Assembly (NCBI GenBank): GCA_951406725.2
Contig: OX597827.1
Span: 36,642,001 to 36,706,000, forward strand
Reading direction: 5' to 3'
Source: Octopus vulgaris
Taxonomy: Eukaryota
DNA length: 64,000 nt
Shown here: piece after piece, positions 38,332-50,687 of the stretch
How positions within the stretch are numbered: position 1 is the first letter of the stretch
Layout of the letters: every line of letters begins with the position of its first letter
Made by a program: the position numbers and the translations under genes
The notes under the pieces: generated by a model
The model's input: only the letters and a program-made list of their open reading frames with translations
Database searches by the model: none
What the model was told of the DNA's origin: nothing

Positions 38332-40156
38332 TAGTTTTATTTTTATAGCGTGCTTTCACTTCACTACCGAGCGCAGCTCTGTGTGCCTTGGGTATGTGCT
38401 GTGATTTGTTGTGATGCTCTGATGGTTATTGTATGGAAAGTGTTCTGCGTAGGATGTGTGCAGTGCCTAGTAGTGCAATTTTCTGTATGTTATATGTGTT
38501 TGTAAGTCCTGGTGTTTTTGTTATGTATTTGTCTGAATATTTTTTTATCATGCCTAATGCACCTACTATGATAGGAATTGTTTCTGTTTTCAGATTCCAC
38601 ATTCTAGTTACCTCTATTTCCAGGTCTTTGTATTTTGAGAGTTTCTCCATTTCTTTTAGAGACACGTTGTCATCTGCCGGTATTGATACATCAATTAGAA
38701 AGCATTTTTTTTCTTCATGATCTCTGACAACTATATCTGGTCTGTTGGCCTTAATTTCTCTATCTGTGTGTATCGGCATATCCCAGAGTATGGTTGCTTT
38801 CTCGTTTTCTGTGACCTTTTCTGGTGTGTGCCTATACCATCTTTTTTCTGTTGTTATTCCATAATGTTGGCATAGCTTCCAATGTATGTAGGTTCCAACT
38901 CTGTCATGTCTGTGAATATATTCCTTCTTAGCCAGGACTGGGCAGCTAGAGATAATATGATTTATTGTTTCTTGTCCATCTCCACATATTCTGCAGTTAC
39001 TTGTAATATTTCTTTTCATTACATGTTTTTGGTAATTTCTGGTGGGGAGGCTTTGGTCTTGTGCTGCAATTAAAAATCCCTCTGTTTCTGCTTTGAGTCC
39101 TGAGCTTCTCAACCATTGCTGGGATTTTTCTTTGTCTATTTCTTTTGCGTTTAGTTTAGTGCAGTATTTACCATGAAGGGGCTTTTCTTGCCATCGTTTT
39201 ATCATGGTTCGTTGCTGTTCTATTTTTAGTTTGGATTTCATTTGTTTTATAGCTTTTGTTGTTTCTTCATCATCTTCTTCTTCTTCTTCTTCGTGTTTAT
39301 TAGGTGGTATGATTTCTTGTTTGTATTTGTCAGCTTCCTTAAATACTGAGAACAGTTTTTTGTTTTGCTCGTGTTTTGCTGCTATCTGGATCAGTTTTCC
39401 TTCCTTCTGAAGTAGATATTTTTGCAGTCCTATGGTGGTTATTTTATAGTAGTTTTCCAGCTGTATAAGGCCTCTACCACCTTCTATACGTTGTATATAT
39501 AGTCTTTCTATGTCAGATTTTGGGTGATGCATCCTAGATCCTGTCAGTATTTTTCTTGTTTTCCTATCTATTTTGGACAGTTCATTTCGTGTCCAGTTAA
39601 GGATATTGTAGCTGTAACTTATAACTGGGACAGCTAAAGTGTTGATACCTATTATCTTGTTTTTAGCATTGAGCTCTGTTTTTAGTATTGATCTAACTCG
39701 TCTATAATATTCTTTTTTTATTTTCTCTTTCATTTGTGTGTGTTGTGTCTTATCTAGTTCATGGATTCCTAAGTATTTGTAAGTTTGGCTTTGGTCTAAT
39801 TCTTTTATTTCATTGGTTTTATCTAGTGTGATGTTGTTACTCTCAACTAGTTTTCCTCTTTTCATGGTTACTTTGGCGCATTTTTCTAATCCAAATTTCA
39901 TATCTATTTCTTTGGTAAATCCATGAACTGTCTTTAATAGTGTTTCCAGCTGTTTGTCATTTGCAGCGTATAGTTTTAGGTCATCCATATATAAAAGGTG
40001 GCTGATCGTTTTGCCGTAACATTTATATCCGCATCCAGTTCTATTTAGCATATCAGATAGAGGTGACAGTGCCAAGCAGAAAATGAGTGGAGAGAGCGTG
40101 TCTCCCTGGAATATTCCTCTTCTAATGGGGATGTCTTTGGTTTCCATGAGTCCCTC
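38329..40156 (-). mobile_element. 5'-truncated R4/Dong-like non-LTR retrotransposon inserted in (TAA)n
   Basis: (TTA)n on both sides (~38296-38328 and ~40161-40208); RT, CCHC and REL domains. Confidence 0.92.
38426..40147 (-). CDS. Stop-free C-terminal part of R4/Dong polyprotein (RT C-half, CCHC zinc knuckle, restriction-like endonuclease); 5'-truncated, so probably not functional
   Basis: RGIFQGDTLSPLIF, HLLYMDDLKLY, YKYLGI, GGRGL, CRICGDGQETINHIISSC, RHD, NRPDIVV...LIDVSIP, EKLSKYKDL. Confidence 0.85.
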   Translation of the reverse strand: METKDIPIRRGIFQGDTLSPLIFCLALSPLSDMLNRTGCGYKCYGKTISHLLYMDDLKLYAANDKQLETLLKTVHGFTKEIDMKFGLEKCAKVTMKRGKLVESNNITLDKTNEIKELDQSQTYKYLGIHELDKTQHTQMKEKIKKEYYRRVRSILKTELNAKNKIIGINTLAVPVISYSYNILNWTRNELSKIDRKTRKILTGSRMHHPKSDIERLYIQRIEGGRGLIQLENYYKITTIGLQKYLLQKEGKLIQIAAKHEQNKKLFSVFKEADKYKQEIIPPNKHEEEEEEDDEETTKAIKQMKSKLKIEQQRTMIKRWQEKPLHGKYCTKLNAKEIDKEKSQQWLRSSGLKAETEGFLIAAQDQSLPTRNYQKHVMKRNITSNCRICGDGQETINHIISSCPVLAKKEYIHRHDRVGTYIHWKLCQHYGITTEKRWYRHTPEKVTENEKATILWDMPIHTDREIKANRPDIVVRDHEEKKCFLIDVSIPADDNVSLKEMEKLSKYKDLEIEVTRMWNLKTETIPIIVGALGMIKKYSDKYITKTPGLTNTYNIQKIALLGTAHILRRTLSIQ

Positions 40157-40209
<53 letters not shown>

Positions 40210-40214
40210 GGTAA

Positions 40215-40600
40215 AATATATCAACAAATAAAGGACTCAGTTATGGGAACAAAATTTGCACTTACATTCTTCATATGCTAATCTAGTGATGGGATATTTA
40301 GAAGAGAAATTATACAAGGGAGTAGAGAAAACTTTTATTTTTTGAGAGAAATCAAATGATCTACAAATATTCAATAACATTTTGAACACCCTTCATCCAT
40401 CTATTAAATTCATGACAGAAACCAGCCATAATGATTTACCTTCTTAGACATTCATGTAAAAATACACAAATTCACAATGGATATTTATTACAAAACAAAA
40501 AACAGACACATCAATATTTGAACTTTTACTCTCGTCAACCTTCACACATCAAATAGAATATTCCATATAGAATAACAAGATGTATTTGTTCAATAGTTGT
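40215..40600 (+). pseudogene. Old PLE RT fragment
   Basis: MGTKFA...YANLVMGYLEEKLY, LNTLHPSIKF, LPFLDI-like and NIPY motifs; many indels. Confidence 0.7.
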
Positions 40601-41417
40601 TGCCCAAGTGCCCAAAGTCATCTGTCCTAGTGGTCTACCTTACATGAATGTCTGAGGCTGTCTGCCTAGTGAGTTAGGTTCTAAATTGTTTTTGAAAGGT
40701 AAAAAGGGGGCAAATTTTACATCATCTGAGAAGCTACATCATGTCACTGCTTCACACTGATGGGTTGATAGACCCTTGGTTGATTTATAGACCCTTCAAA
40801 TAAGAGGTTATAGCATTGAGGAAGGTGGCTATATGCCAGATGATGTATGTTTAAAGTATGAAATAGGGACAGAAACTGACGTCTTCCTGTAGGGGAGATA
40901 TATGATGACACCAGTTGGAAAAGGGAGATGATGGTGAAAATGTGTCAGTGCATACCTTCAACTTACAAGAAGGTAAATATAAAAGAAGTGATACCGATTG
41001 GACAGAGCAAGTGGATGGGTAAGTTGATAACAGGGTGGAAGGAGAACAACGGATAAATAGAGAAGAATTCAGTGAGTGGTGAATATGGATAATGGTATAG
41101 TCAATTGTGAATATCAGTTGGAGGGGAAGAGGAAGGAAGTAGGAGTGGGTCAGTGAGGTAATAGGTGGCAGCACAGATGATGTGAAGTGAGAAGTACAGT
41201 GCCAGAGACAAATTCAATGGTAAATAAGGATGGAAATAATGAGAGACAAAAGATTTGTGGGAAGAAGAGAGCTGCCTTTGGCAAGATTAAGAAGTGTGGT
41301 GACTATACCATTATCCATATTCAGTGGAAAATAAGGTGGCAAGGGATGACACTAAGTAGGGCCTCAACACATGTGTAGGAATACATATATGTGCTTTTAT
41401 TACATTCACTGATACTT

Positions 41418-41845
41418 ATGTACTTGTACTTGTACTTGTGGTGACATTCACCCTGGGTGGGTTGAGTCGGCTTCTTCTACCACCCTCGAGGCAATGGAAG
41501 AAGTTTCGTGGGAATATGTGGATTACACAAGTGGTCCCCAACAATCCCGCATGTAGAGACATCCTGTTTGCCGCAGATTGTCCGCAGACGCAGGGACAGA
41601 ACGACCGAGGAGCTGCCGGTTGCCGAAACAGACACTCCAAAGATTTTCACCAGAGCCCCGTCTGCCGGGTTGTGGCCCTAATACCACTCAGTGTCAGACC
41701 AATCCGCCTTGGGTGGCCCTACCAGGAATGGAAGTTCCTGATGGCATAGCTCTGACACTACCCGTTGCCAGCATCCTCACCATGGTGAGGAGGGGATGGA
41801 CTTTGGGGACGCAAAGTTACTTATGTAACCACCATTTACTTTAAA
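41418..41845 (-). mobile_element. Non-coding bipartite RTE-derived element (RTE 5'-UTR motif + (AAGTAC)n tail)
   Basis: Minus: agagctatgcc...cctggtagggccacccaag, shared with the RTE 5' region at ~54313-54358; terminal acaagtacaagtacaagtac. Confidence 0.65.
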
Positions 41846-42024
41846 GTTGAACGAGGTGTCCACGTATCCATCACCTGGCAAGATACCAGAATATTCTCAA
41901 CCTTAGAAATATGATTCTGTAGGGAAGTTTGAATTACTGGATCTGTCATTAACTTGGCTCTAGCTTAATTAGTGTTACTTGATTTGTAAATGAGCACACA
42001 CATGCACATGTATACATAACATTT

Positions 42025-42405
42025 ATTTTTTACTTGTTTCAACCATTAAACAGTGGTCATGGTGGGGCACTGCCTTGAAGATTGACCTCAAGACTTATTT
42101 CTTCTTAAGCCTTCTACTTATTGTATTGATCTCTTTTGCCAAACTGCTAAGTTACAGGTACATAAATACACCAACACTGCTTGTGAAGTGGAGGTGGGGG
42201 ACAAACACAAATACAAAAACATAAACATACATACATATATATATTTATGATGGACTTCTTTCAGTTTCCATCTACCAAATCTACTCACAAGGCTTTGATC
42301 AGCTCAAGTCTACAGTAGAAGACACTTGCCTAAGGTGCTACACAGTGGACTGAACCTAGAACTATGTGGTTGGGAAGTAAACGGCTTGCCACAAAGCTAT
42401 GCCTG
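42025..42405 (-). mobile_element. CORE-like SINE (diverged)
   Basis: Reverse complement of the 13614-14010 family. Confidence 0.8.
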
Positions 42406-42419
42406 CACATATATAATAC

Positions 42420-42810
42420 ATTATCATCATCATCATTTAACATCCGTTTTCCATGCTGGCATGGGTTGGATGGTTTCACAGGAGCTGGTCATCTGGAGAA
42501 CTGCCCAGGCACTATCTGTCTGTTTTGGCATAGTTTCAATGACTGGATGCCCTTCCTAACACCAGCTACATTACAGAGTGTACTGGCTGCTTTTCATGTG
42601 ACGCTGGCACTGGTGCTTAATACATGGCACCAGCACAGGTGATTTATACATAGCGCCAGTATGGGTGCATTATATGTGGCACAATCACAGGTGTTTTTTA
42701 CGCGGCACTGACATGGGTGCTTTTCTATGTGGCACCAGCATAGGTGACAATGAAACAAGTGTTTTTCACGTGACACTAAAAAAGGTGCTTTTTATGTGGC
42801 ATCAGCACTC
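42420..42810 (-). mobile_element. Old RTE 3'-end copy with a short-unit gtggcaccagca array
   Basis: catcatcatttaacatccgttttccatgctggcatggg...ggatgcccttcctaac, then repeated tgtggcaccagcac units. Confidence 0.7.
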
Positions 42811-42997
42811 ATGAATTTACAAGACAGGATCTCTCAGTTGAAAGAGGGAGTGAGGGCACATGGCTGTAAAGGACATGCAGTTTTGTATGAATGGCCATAA
42901 TTTTACTCAGTCCTTTGTCATCTCTTCAGTGAGGCCCAACACCTGAAAATCTTATACAATATATATATACATGAATACATGGATACACAGCTTCATA

Positions 42998-43052
<55 letters not shown>

Positions 43053-43359
43053 TTATAAATATGTGTATATAAATACATATAATTAATTGATAGTGCTCTA
43101 TACAGCAAATTTGGTGAATGTGCATATACTGATAATGTGATTTCATAATTAATTAATTTCTACTAAAGGATAGATAAAAACCTAAGGTGTAAACAATGTT
43201 TACTTTTTACAGTAAAAACAAAATGGTATACTTTACAGTTCAAATTATCTAAAAATGCTGAGTGGTACACAAAGAACAAAGCTGAGATACCGGCCTGTAA
43301 TTGTGCTTAGATACCAGCCATTTATCGAAGCCCTTTAAGAAATTCTATCTTGTCATTAA

Positions 43360-44002
43360 CCTTTTTGTTACCGTGTTTCCATTAAGATATGCTGTTTCTG
43401 TTTGAATAAATTTCAAAAATAAAGAAGAATTTAGTAATGTAATTTTTTTCCTTATCAAACTGGTGATTGGAACACAAATTGAGCACATGTATGTCTGTGT
43501 GGTAAGAATCTTGTTTTCTGATCACATAGTTCCTGTTTCAGTCCTATAGCATAGTACCTTGGGCAAGTGTCTTCTACTATAACCTCAGGCCAACCAAAGC
43601 CTTGTGAATGGATTTGGTAGTTGGAAACTGAGATAAACCCATTGTACATATATGTTCATGTGTGTGTGTGTATGTGTGTGTATGTGTGTGTGTGTATGTG
43701 TGTGTGTGTTTGTGTTTGTATCATCACCACCATGAAACAACTAGTGCTGGTGTGTTTGTATCCCCATAAGTTAACAGTTAGAGACCAACAGAATAAGGAC
43801 TAGGCTTAAAAATAAGTCCTAGGGTCATTTGTTTCATTAAAACCCTTCAAGGTGGTGCTCCAGCATGGCCCCAGTCAAATGAAAGAAACAAGTAAAATAC
43901 AAAAGATATCGGTGGAAAATTTTATCTTAGATCTCTTTAGGTCAGTGAATTTGTATCATTGAACTAGCGGTGGGTGTCTGAGATGGATTGGTATCAAAAA
44001 AG
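43360..44002 (-). mobile_element. piggyBac-like MITE (TTAA flanks) interrupted by a CORE-like SINE (~43480-43905)
   Basis: ttaa|cctttttgttacc ... ggtatcaaaaaag|ttaa; homologous, inverted, to 55750-55971. Confidence 0.7.
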
Positions 44003-44709
44003 TTAAGTTGTTCTTGGTACAAAACTTTGGATGATCTGGTAATATCTTCTTAGAAAAGTTCATTTATAGTCATTCCTTTTTCTTTTTCCTTTCTAGCATA
44101 TTACAATTACAACTACAGCAACAATAAAGAAAAACAACTGCAGAAGTAAGAGCAGGTGTAACAAGAGTAATCCTGACTTAAGTAGTAACAAAAGCAGCAA
44201 CTGCAGCAGCAACACAACTGTAATGGCAGTTGCAACAACTATGGCAATATGTACAGCAGTAGCAGCACCAAGGGCATCAATAATAATTAGAACAATTACA
44301 GTAATAACAACAGCAACAACATCTATGACAATAATAGCAGCTGTAACAACTACAGCACTAATTCTAAAATGAAGAACTTGAAATTTCAAGATACACTTGT
44401 TCTATTTTAAAATCTATTAAATATCCACCCTGTTTATAGTTAGCGATTAACAGGGTGTTACTGATGGTAGTGGGTGCAAGGGAGAAAAGATAACAGTCGA
44501 TGTGAGGGTGGTTGTGGTGATGGTGGTAATTCCTTGTCAAAAGGGAATACTGATCCGAGTGTATAACAAAAGTTTGATGTGTATTTGGGTGGAGAGGTGA
44601 GCACCCAATTTGCTATGTGTGTATATAATTATATATGTATGTTTGTGAGTTTGAGTGTATATATATTGCTTGAGTGTGTGTGTGTATGTGTGCATGTGTG
44701 TGTGGGTGT

Positions 44710-44743
<34 letters not shown>

Positions 44744-44747
<4 letters not shown>

Positions 44748-46130
44748 ATCAAAATAAAATAAAAACATTTGGAGTTTAAATTAGAATTATCGCTAGTGTG
44801 AGTTGAGTGCTAAGTTCGATTATAATTGGGAGTCTTATGGCCGACGGACGCTCCCGGGTGGTCTACATATGATATTCTCTGGTTATACCCGGCACTATAG
44901 AGAGCCTGGTTGTAGTGTTGTGCATGATTATTGAAAATTTCTCTATTAGAGGATAGTTTTGTCAGTCTGTCTGAGATGGCTTGGACCGTGGTGCTAATTA
45001 TACAGGGTGGATGGTTGGAAGAGGTATGGATGTATTTGGTAGTTTCTTCCGGTTTCCTATACGGGTAGTGAAGGTGCTTATTCAAATCTAACGTAACATC
45101 TAAGAAGTTTACTATTTTAGTATTGGTCATAAATTCTAGTTTAAGATTGAAGGATTTGAAAAAAGCCTGATCTTTTTCCTAATTCTTTCTAGTTTACTCC
45201 TATTGTTGGTGGGGTATATGAAGAGAGCGTCGTCTCTGTATAGACCCCCCTGAAGATCCGGTACCTCGGAGAAAAGCTTCTTGAGCAGGTAGGCCCCGAC
45301 CAAGTCAGTCACCTGAGCTGAATCGCTCGAGCCCATAGCCACATCGAAATTGTCGGGGGTATCGGATCTGGTCCAGAGTCTACCGTCGAATTCTATTATG
45401 GTTTTTCTAGCTAATAGAATTATGTCAATTTTTTCTCTGTCTATGAGTGAAAGGTTGCGGGCAAAAATAAGGGATTTGTTAAGTAAGATGGGGGATATAC
45501 TGGCGTAGTAGCTAGCTATGTCGAATTGGATGAATGAGTAGTCGGGCCTATTGGTGATAGTGTTAAACAATTCTAGCACATCGTTGGTGTTAATCCATAG
45601 TTGGAGTGGGATGTGGGGTTTCTATTTTTACTTTATAACCTTATGCCTTTACATTTATTTATATTTCTCCTTTCAACTCTTTATATCTTTATCCTCTACA
45701 TTTTTATATTATTCTATACTTACACTTTTTATACATTTTTTATCCCTCGTCCCGAACTCCCGCCCCTCCATCTTCAACTCTATATATGTATTTATTTATT
45801 TACATTACCTCAACATCCAAATTTCCTCATTCTACATTGAGAGAAGAAAGAGATGGACGCTTCAATTCTATGCTGCTGCCGCATTATGTCGTACGTGAAT
45901 GAGAGGATTTGCATCCCCAACCAAGAATTTTTGATGTAACACATGTCCTTGTGGAAGCTGTTGTGCGCGGCTGAAGAAGGCCACAGACATACATTATGCA
46001 TTGTTATAAATCTGTCTAATAAAGGCCCAAAACATATGTACCGCTGAATCCTTCGCATCATGTTTTTATTTTATTTTGATCAATTTACTCCACCACCTAC
46101 ACCACCAAACGGTATACACAGGTGCTTATA
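44744..46130 (-). mobile_element. Naiad-like PLE: RT fragment on minus with an inverted, hammerhead-bearing pLTR at its 5' side
   Basis: FIQFDIASYYASI, FDVAMGSSDSAQVTDLVG, GLYRDDAL, VNFLDVTLDL, SNHPP in ORFs 45136-45579 and 44810-45130; 25-bp IR 44744-44768 / 46060-46084; (TA)n flanks. Confidence 0.85.
45967..46044 (+). ncRNA. Hammerhead motif with G12>A lesion
   Basis: gcgg-CTGAAGA-aggcc...ggccc-AAAA-catatg-TA-ccgc; palindromic stem III, GUA triplet. Confidence 0.7.
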
Positions 46131-46443
46131 ATTATATATATATATATATATTTAGGTAAATATATTCAAAAAGAATATTATGTACTGAATTTATATCGAG
46201 TGCTCAATTGTATCAAAATATTAATACTATTAAAGTATTATGAACTATATTTGGATTACCGGATAATATAATGAATTTTATGCAAAAGTATTATGGATTG
46301 CTGCAGAGAAATTACCAAGAAGACATGTGAATTTCAAGATTCTCATACTAAAGTATATACAAGTACTTTCACATGGGTATATCTTCATTATGAGTTTGGA
46401 TATTAATTTCCTTATATTAATGATAATAATATATTATTAAAAA

Positions 46444-46473
<30 letters not shown>

Positions 46474-46474
<1 letters not shown>

Positions 46475-46521
46475 TGTTATCATTGACAAGGGACAAAAAT
46501 CCCGAAACTAGTCCGAGCATA
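46474..46521 (+). ncRNA. Minimal hammerhead motif, U3-A8 core variant
   Basis: TTGACAA(46483-89)-ggga(caaaaa)tccc-GAAA-ctag-TC; imperfect stem I atgttatca/cgagcat. Confidence 0.7.
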
Positions 46522-47033
46522 TCACTCAGGCTTGTGAGGAGGGGATGGCCTCCCTTTGCAAATACTTCAAGGGCACTGAAATGGTGTCTAAAGCCAGCTG
46601 GAGACGACGATCTCCTGGGGCTATAAAGCTACAGTAACACCCCCTCCCCTATGTGGTTAGCCATATTAAGATGGCTTCTATACTTTACATTATCGAGCGA
46701 TTACTGTTTACATCTCATTCTGAGATTTAATAATGCAAACAATAAAAGGTTGTCATTATAGTGTTTGGAGTTTCGAATGTTGAATCAAGGAGCTATTATA
46801 CATTCTTGTCAGCTATTAATGGCAACAGACACTATGTGAAAAAAAACAAAAAACATTGAATAAAAGTTACTCTGATAGGTAGAAAAAGAAAAAAAAACAA
46901 GATAAAAAATACACGCAACCATATTCTCTTGGATTATGTTACATCATATCTAGTTTTAATTAAATTGCTACAATTATACTAAACTACACAAACACACATA
47001 TATATGTGTACATGTGTTTATGTGTGTATGACA

Positions 47034-47073
<40 letters not shown>

Positions 47074-47407
47074 AACACATAAGAGATAACCAAAAAATAG
47101 GATATCTGACTCACTAGAAAGAGCAGTTAAACTCCAAGCCACTATTTGTTGTAATTCTGAAAGTGAATGAAAAATAAAAACTTTTACCTTATTGCCCTAG
47201 ACTATGCATAATTCCTGCTGGCTTAAATATAGATTGAAATAAAATAATTCCAATCTATATCTGGTGCTGCTTCTTCAGTAGGATGCCAGGGATCAAACAC
47301 ATAGACACGGGGCAATAAATAAACAATGAACCCCAAAGAACCAATATAACCCCAATGAAGAACGACAACACCAAGTTATATAAGTTAAGAAATCCATACA
47401 GAAATAA

Positions 47408-47985
47408 CCCCAAAAGGATGAAAGGCGAAGTCGATCGTGGCAGAATTTGAACTCAGAATGTAAAGACAGACGAAATACTGCTAGGCATTTTGCCCAGCTT
47501 GCTAACATTTCTGCCATCTTGCCTCCTTACAACAAGACACAGATTTTTTTCTACTCGAGGCACAAGGCCCGAAATATTTGGGGAGGGGGCCAGTCGATTA
47601 GATCTACCCCAGTACGCAACTGTTACTTAATTCATCGACCCCTAAAGGATAAAAGGCGAAGTCGACTTTGGCGGAATTTGAACTCAGAACATAAAGACAG
47701 ATGAAATACTGCTAAGTATTTCACCTGGTGTGCTAACGCTTCTGCCAGCTTGCTGCCTCATAAAATATTCTTTTCTACTCTAGGCACAAGGCCTAAAATT
47801 TTGGGGGAGGGGGGTAGTCGATTAGATCTACCCCAGTAGGCAACTGTTACTTAATTTATCGACCCTGAAAGGATGAACGGCAAAGTTGACCTCAGCGGAA
47901 TTTGAACTCAGAACATAAAGACAGACGAAATACTGCTAAGCATTTCGCTCGATGTGCTAATGTTTCTGCCAGCTCACTGCCTTCA
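47408..47985 (-). mobile_element. Three head-to-tail copies of a tRNA-derived SINE
   Basis: Minus: gagctggcagaa...ttagca (A-box-like) and gttctgagttcaaattcc (B-box); units ~47408-47525, 47545-47760, 47768-47985. Confidence 0.85.
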
Positions 47986-50082
47986 ACAAGACATAGATTG
48001 CAACATAAACGATGGTGCATACACACAACAATAAGTGTATACATTCTAATCATACAACAGTAACATACACCTGAACAACATAGACATATGTAAAAACATG
48101 CACACACATACACACATTTATTCAGTCACAGATGTACACAACACACACACACACACCACCACCACCACCACCACCACCGCCGCCGCCACCACCACTACCA
48201 CCTCCAGCTGTGTAACCACCATTAATCTCCTCTTCAAATTGACAACAGGGAAAACATGAAAGTCCAATTAAAGATATGAAGAATAATGTTCATGATTGTT
48301 GTCAGAACAATCACTTCATGTCTACCATTGTTATCCACCATTTTGACACTCCTCCTATTGTATTGCAGATATTGGAACCACATCTCCAGTGTCTGGGGAG
48401 AGCCCAGTGTGTATTAGCAAAATCCACTGCATTACAAACCTTAAGATCATATTGCCTGGGTCATGAATAACCCAGTATTTTGATGTGTTGTTACTTCATA
48501 CTGTTGTAACCAATGGCTTGTGGTTTCTTTCTGAGTTTAACTTAAACTTCTTTTAGAAGTCATAGCTACTACACCATCAATTCACCACAACAGTAATTCT
48601 TCTACAAAATCATCACCACTACAACAGCTATGACTATACTAGCATTTTTACAACAAGAACAACAACAACAACAACAACAACAACACCACAATACAACTAC
48701 AGCACTGATGCCACTACAAAACCAACACTGCTTCAGCCCAACATCATCACAACACCAGCATCACTGCAAAGTATCACCGCTACAATACCAAAACTGCTAC
48801 AATACCAATACTAGTACAACACAAATTACTCAGGCTTTTATTTAGACAAGTATATATAGGAATATATTAACTAATTTGTCTGTTCTTTTTTAAGATAGAA
48901 AGGTATTATTTGAATGAGATTTGGCAGCTATTTCTGGTAGGATTTCATGAATACATTAGAAACACTCTCTCATTAGTTCAGTTTCAATGAGATATTGTTG
49001 TTATTATTAAGCCTCAGGTCAGCCCTAATCCAACTGACCTATAATCTAAGATGTTCCAGCAGTTCTCTTCTAATCATTTGTTCCCAAACACTATAAAGAA
49101 CGACATTGACTAACAACTTCCTCTTTTAATAATACAGGTAATTTGAAGCAACCAATCCTCCTTTCTGAGCCACTTCTTTCTCTCTCACCTTATGCTCTTC
49201 ATATTGTTATTTCCTATCAGCTGCTCTGCCACTCTTATTCATCTCTACTCTCATATCTAACCATCTGTTACTCTCCTCTCACACTCTTCTGAAACTATCT
49301 TTCTCTCCCCACCTTCCCAATCCACTGTTTGTATCCTCTCTTATCCACACCTCTTTGTACCTCAAAAGTTTGCTCTGGCACCCCATCAGTACCACCTTTA
49401 TCTTCTTCCCATTCACTAGCCCACCTTTATATCATGTGGGGTAGCCTTGTGTTTTCTCTATAGCAAGATACCTGTGGTTGGTCTTTTATCATACTTAAGC
49501 CTCTCAGCACCTAATATAAAACCATCCAACTTCTCATATTCTCCCCTTCCACTCACTTTGTTATGGTGTCTTTTTGCCTGTTCTCCTTTGGTCTTGCAAG
49601 TTATTAGTCCTCACTAGTGCTGAAAGCATGAAAAAAATCACCCGGTATACACTGTAAAAGGATTGACATTAAGAAGAGCATACAGCAGTTGATGCCATGC
49701 CAAAAAATGACATAGGAGTTTCATGCAGCCCTACATCTTGTTGGATCCTGTTATAGCATCTAACACATGTCAGTATGGGAAACAGACAAGAAGAAGATGA
49801 TGATGATGATGATGACAATGATGATGACAATGATTTGGTCGCTATTTCTGCAAGGGTGAATGACCACATGAAGGCCTGTCTCTTTAACTTGGTTCTAATT
49901 AATTACAATGTTAGCTCTTGTCCCATTACCTTAAAACTTTTCCTTTGACATGCACATCAATAAAACCATCTCTTTGAAATATTTCTGGCCCTGTGCACTT
50001 TTTTTTATTGTCAATTATAATCAGTTAGGACTAGTTATTATATTAGTCATCATTCTTAGTAATTACAATTGTATTAGCATTA

Positions 50083-50122
<40 letters not shown>

Positions 50123-50149
50123 AGTAACTACTATATTCTTTTTCTTCTA

Positions 50150-50190
<41 letters not shown>

Positions 50191-50228
50191 CATTATTATT
50201 ATCATTATTATTATTATCATTATTATTA

Positions 50229-50272
<44 letters not shown>

Positions 50273-50655
50273 GTTAATGGTTGTTACACATATTTACTAG
50301 ATTAATAAAGCTGCCTGCTGCAGATAAATTATTCATTTTGACAAAGTCATTTCTTAGAACTGATTTTTCTCTCTCACAAATTACTTTGTCTTTCTGTTTA
50401 TTGTCAGTTCTTTTGCTGTAGCGGTAATGTTGATGTTTGTTGTTGTTGTTGTTGTTGTAATTGGTAGTTGTGGTGGTGATGGTGGTGACGATGATGGTGG
50501 TAAGAGTGGTGTTGTTTTTTTTCCCTTTATTACTGTAGTGATACCATTTTTAATCATAGAATTTTTAACCAGTGGTATGGACAGATCATCATCGTCATCA
50601 TCATCATCATCATTGTCATCGTCATCTTCTTCTTCTTCTTCTTCTTCTTCTTCTC

Positions 50656-50687
<32 letters not shown>

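Noticed and set aside
47408-47985. tRNA genes
   Set aside because: A/B boxes belong to SINE heads; no cloverleaf or acceptor stem evident.
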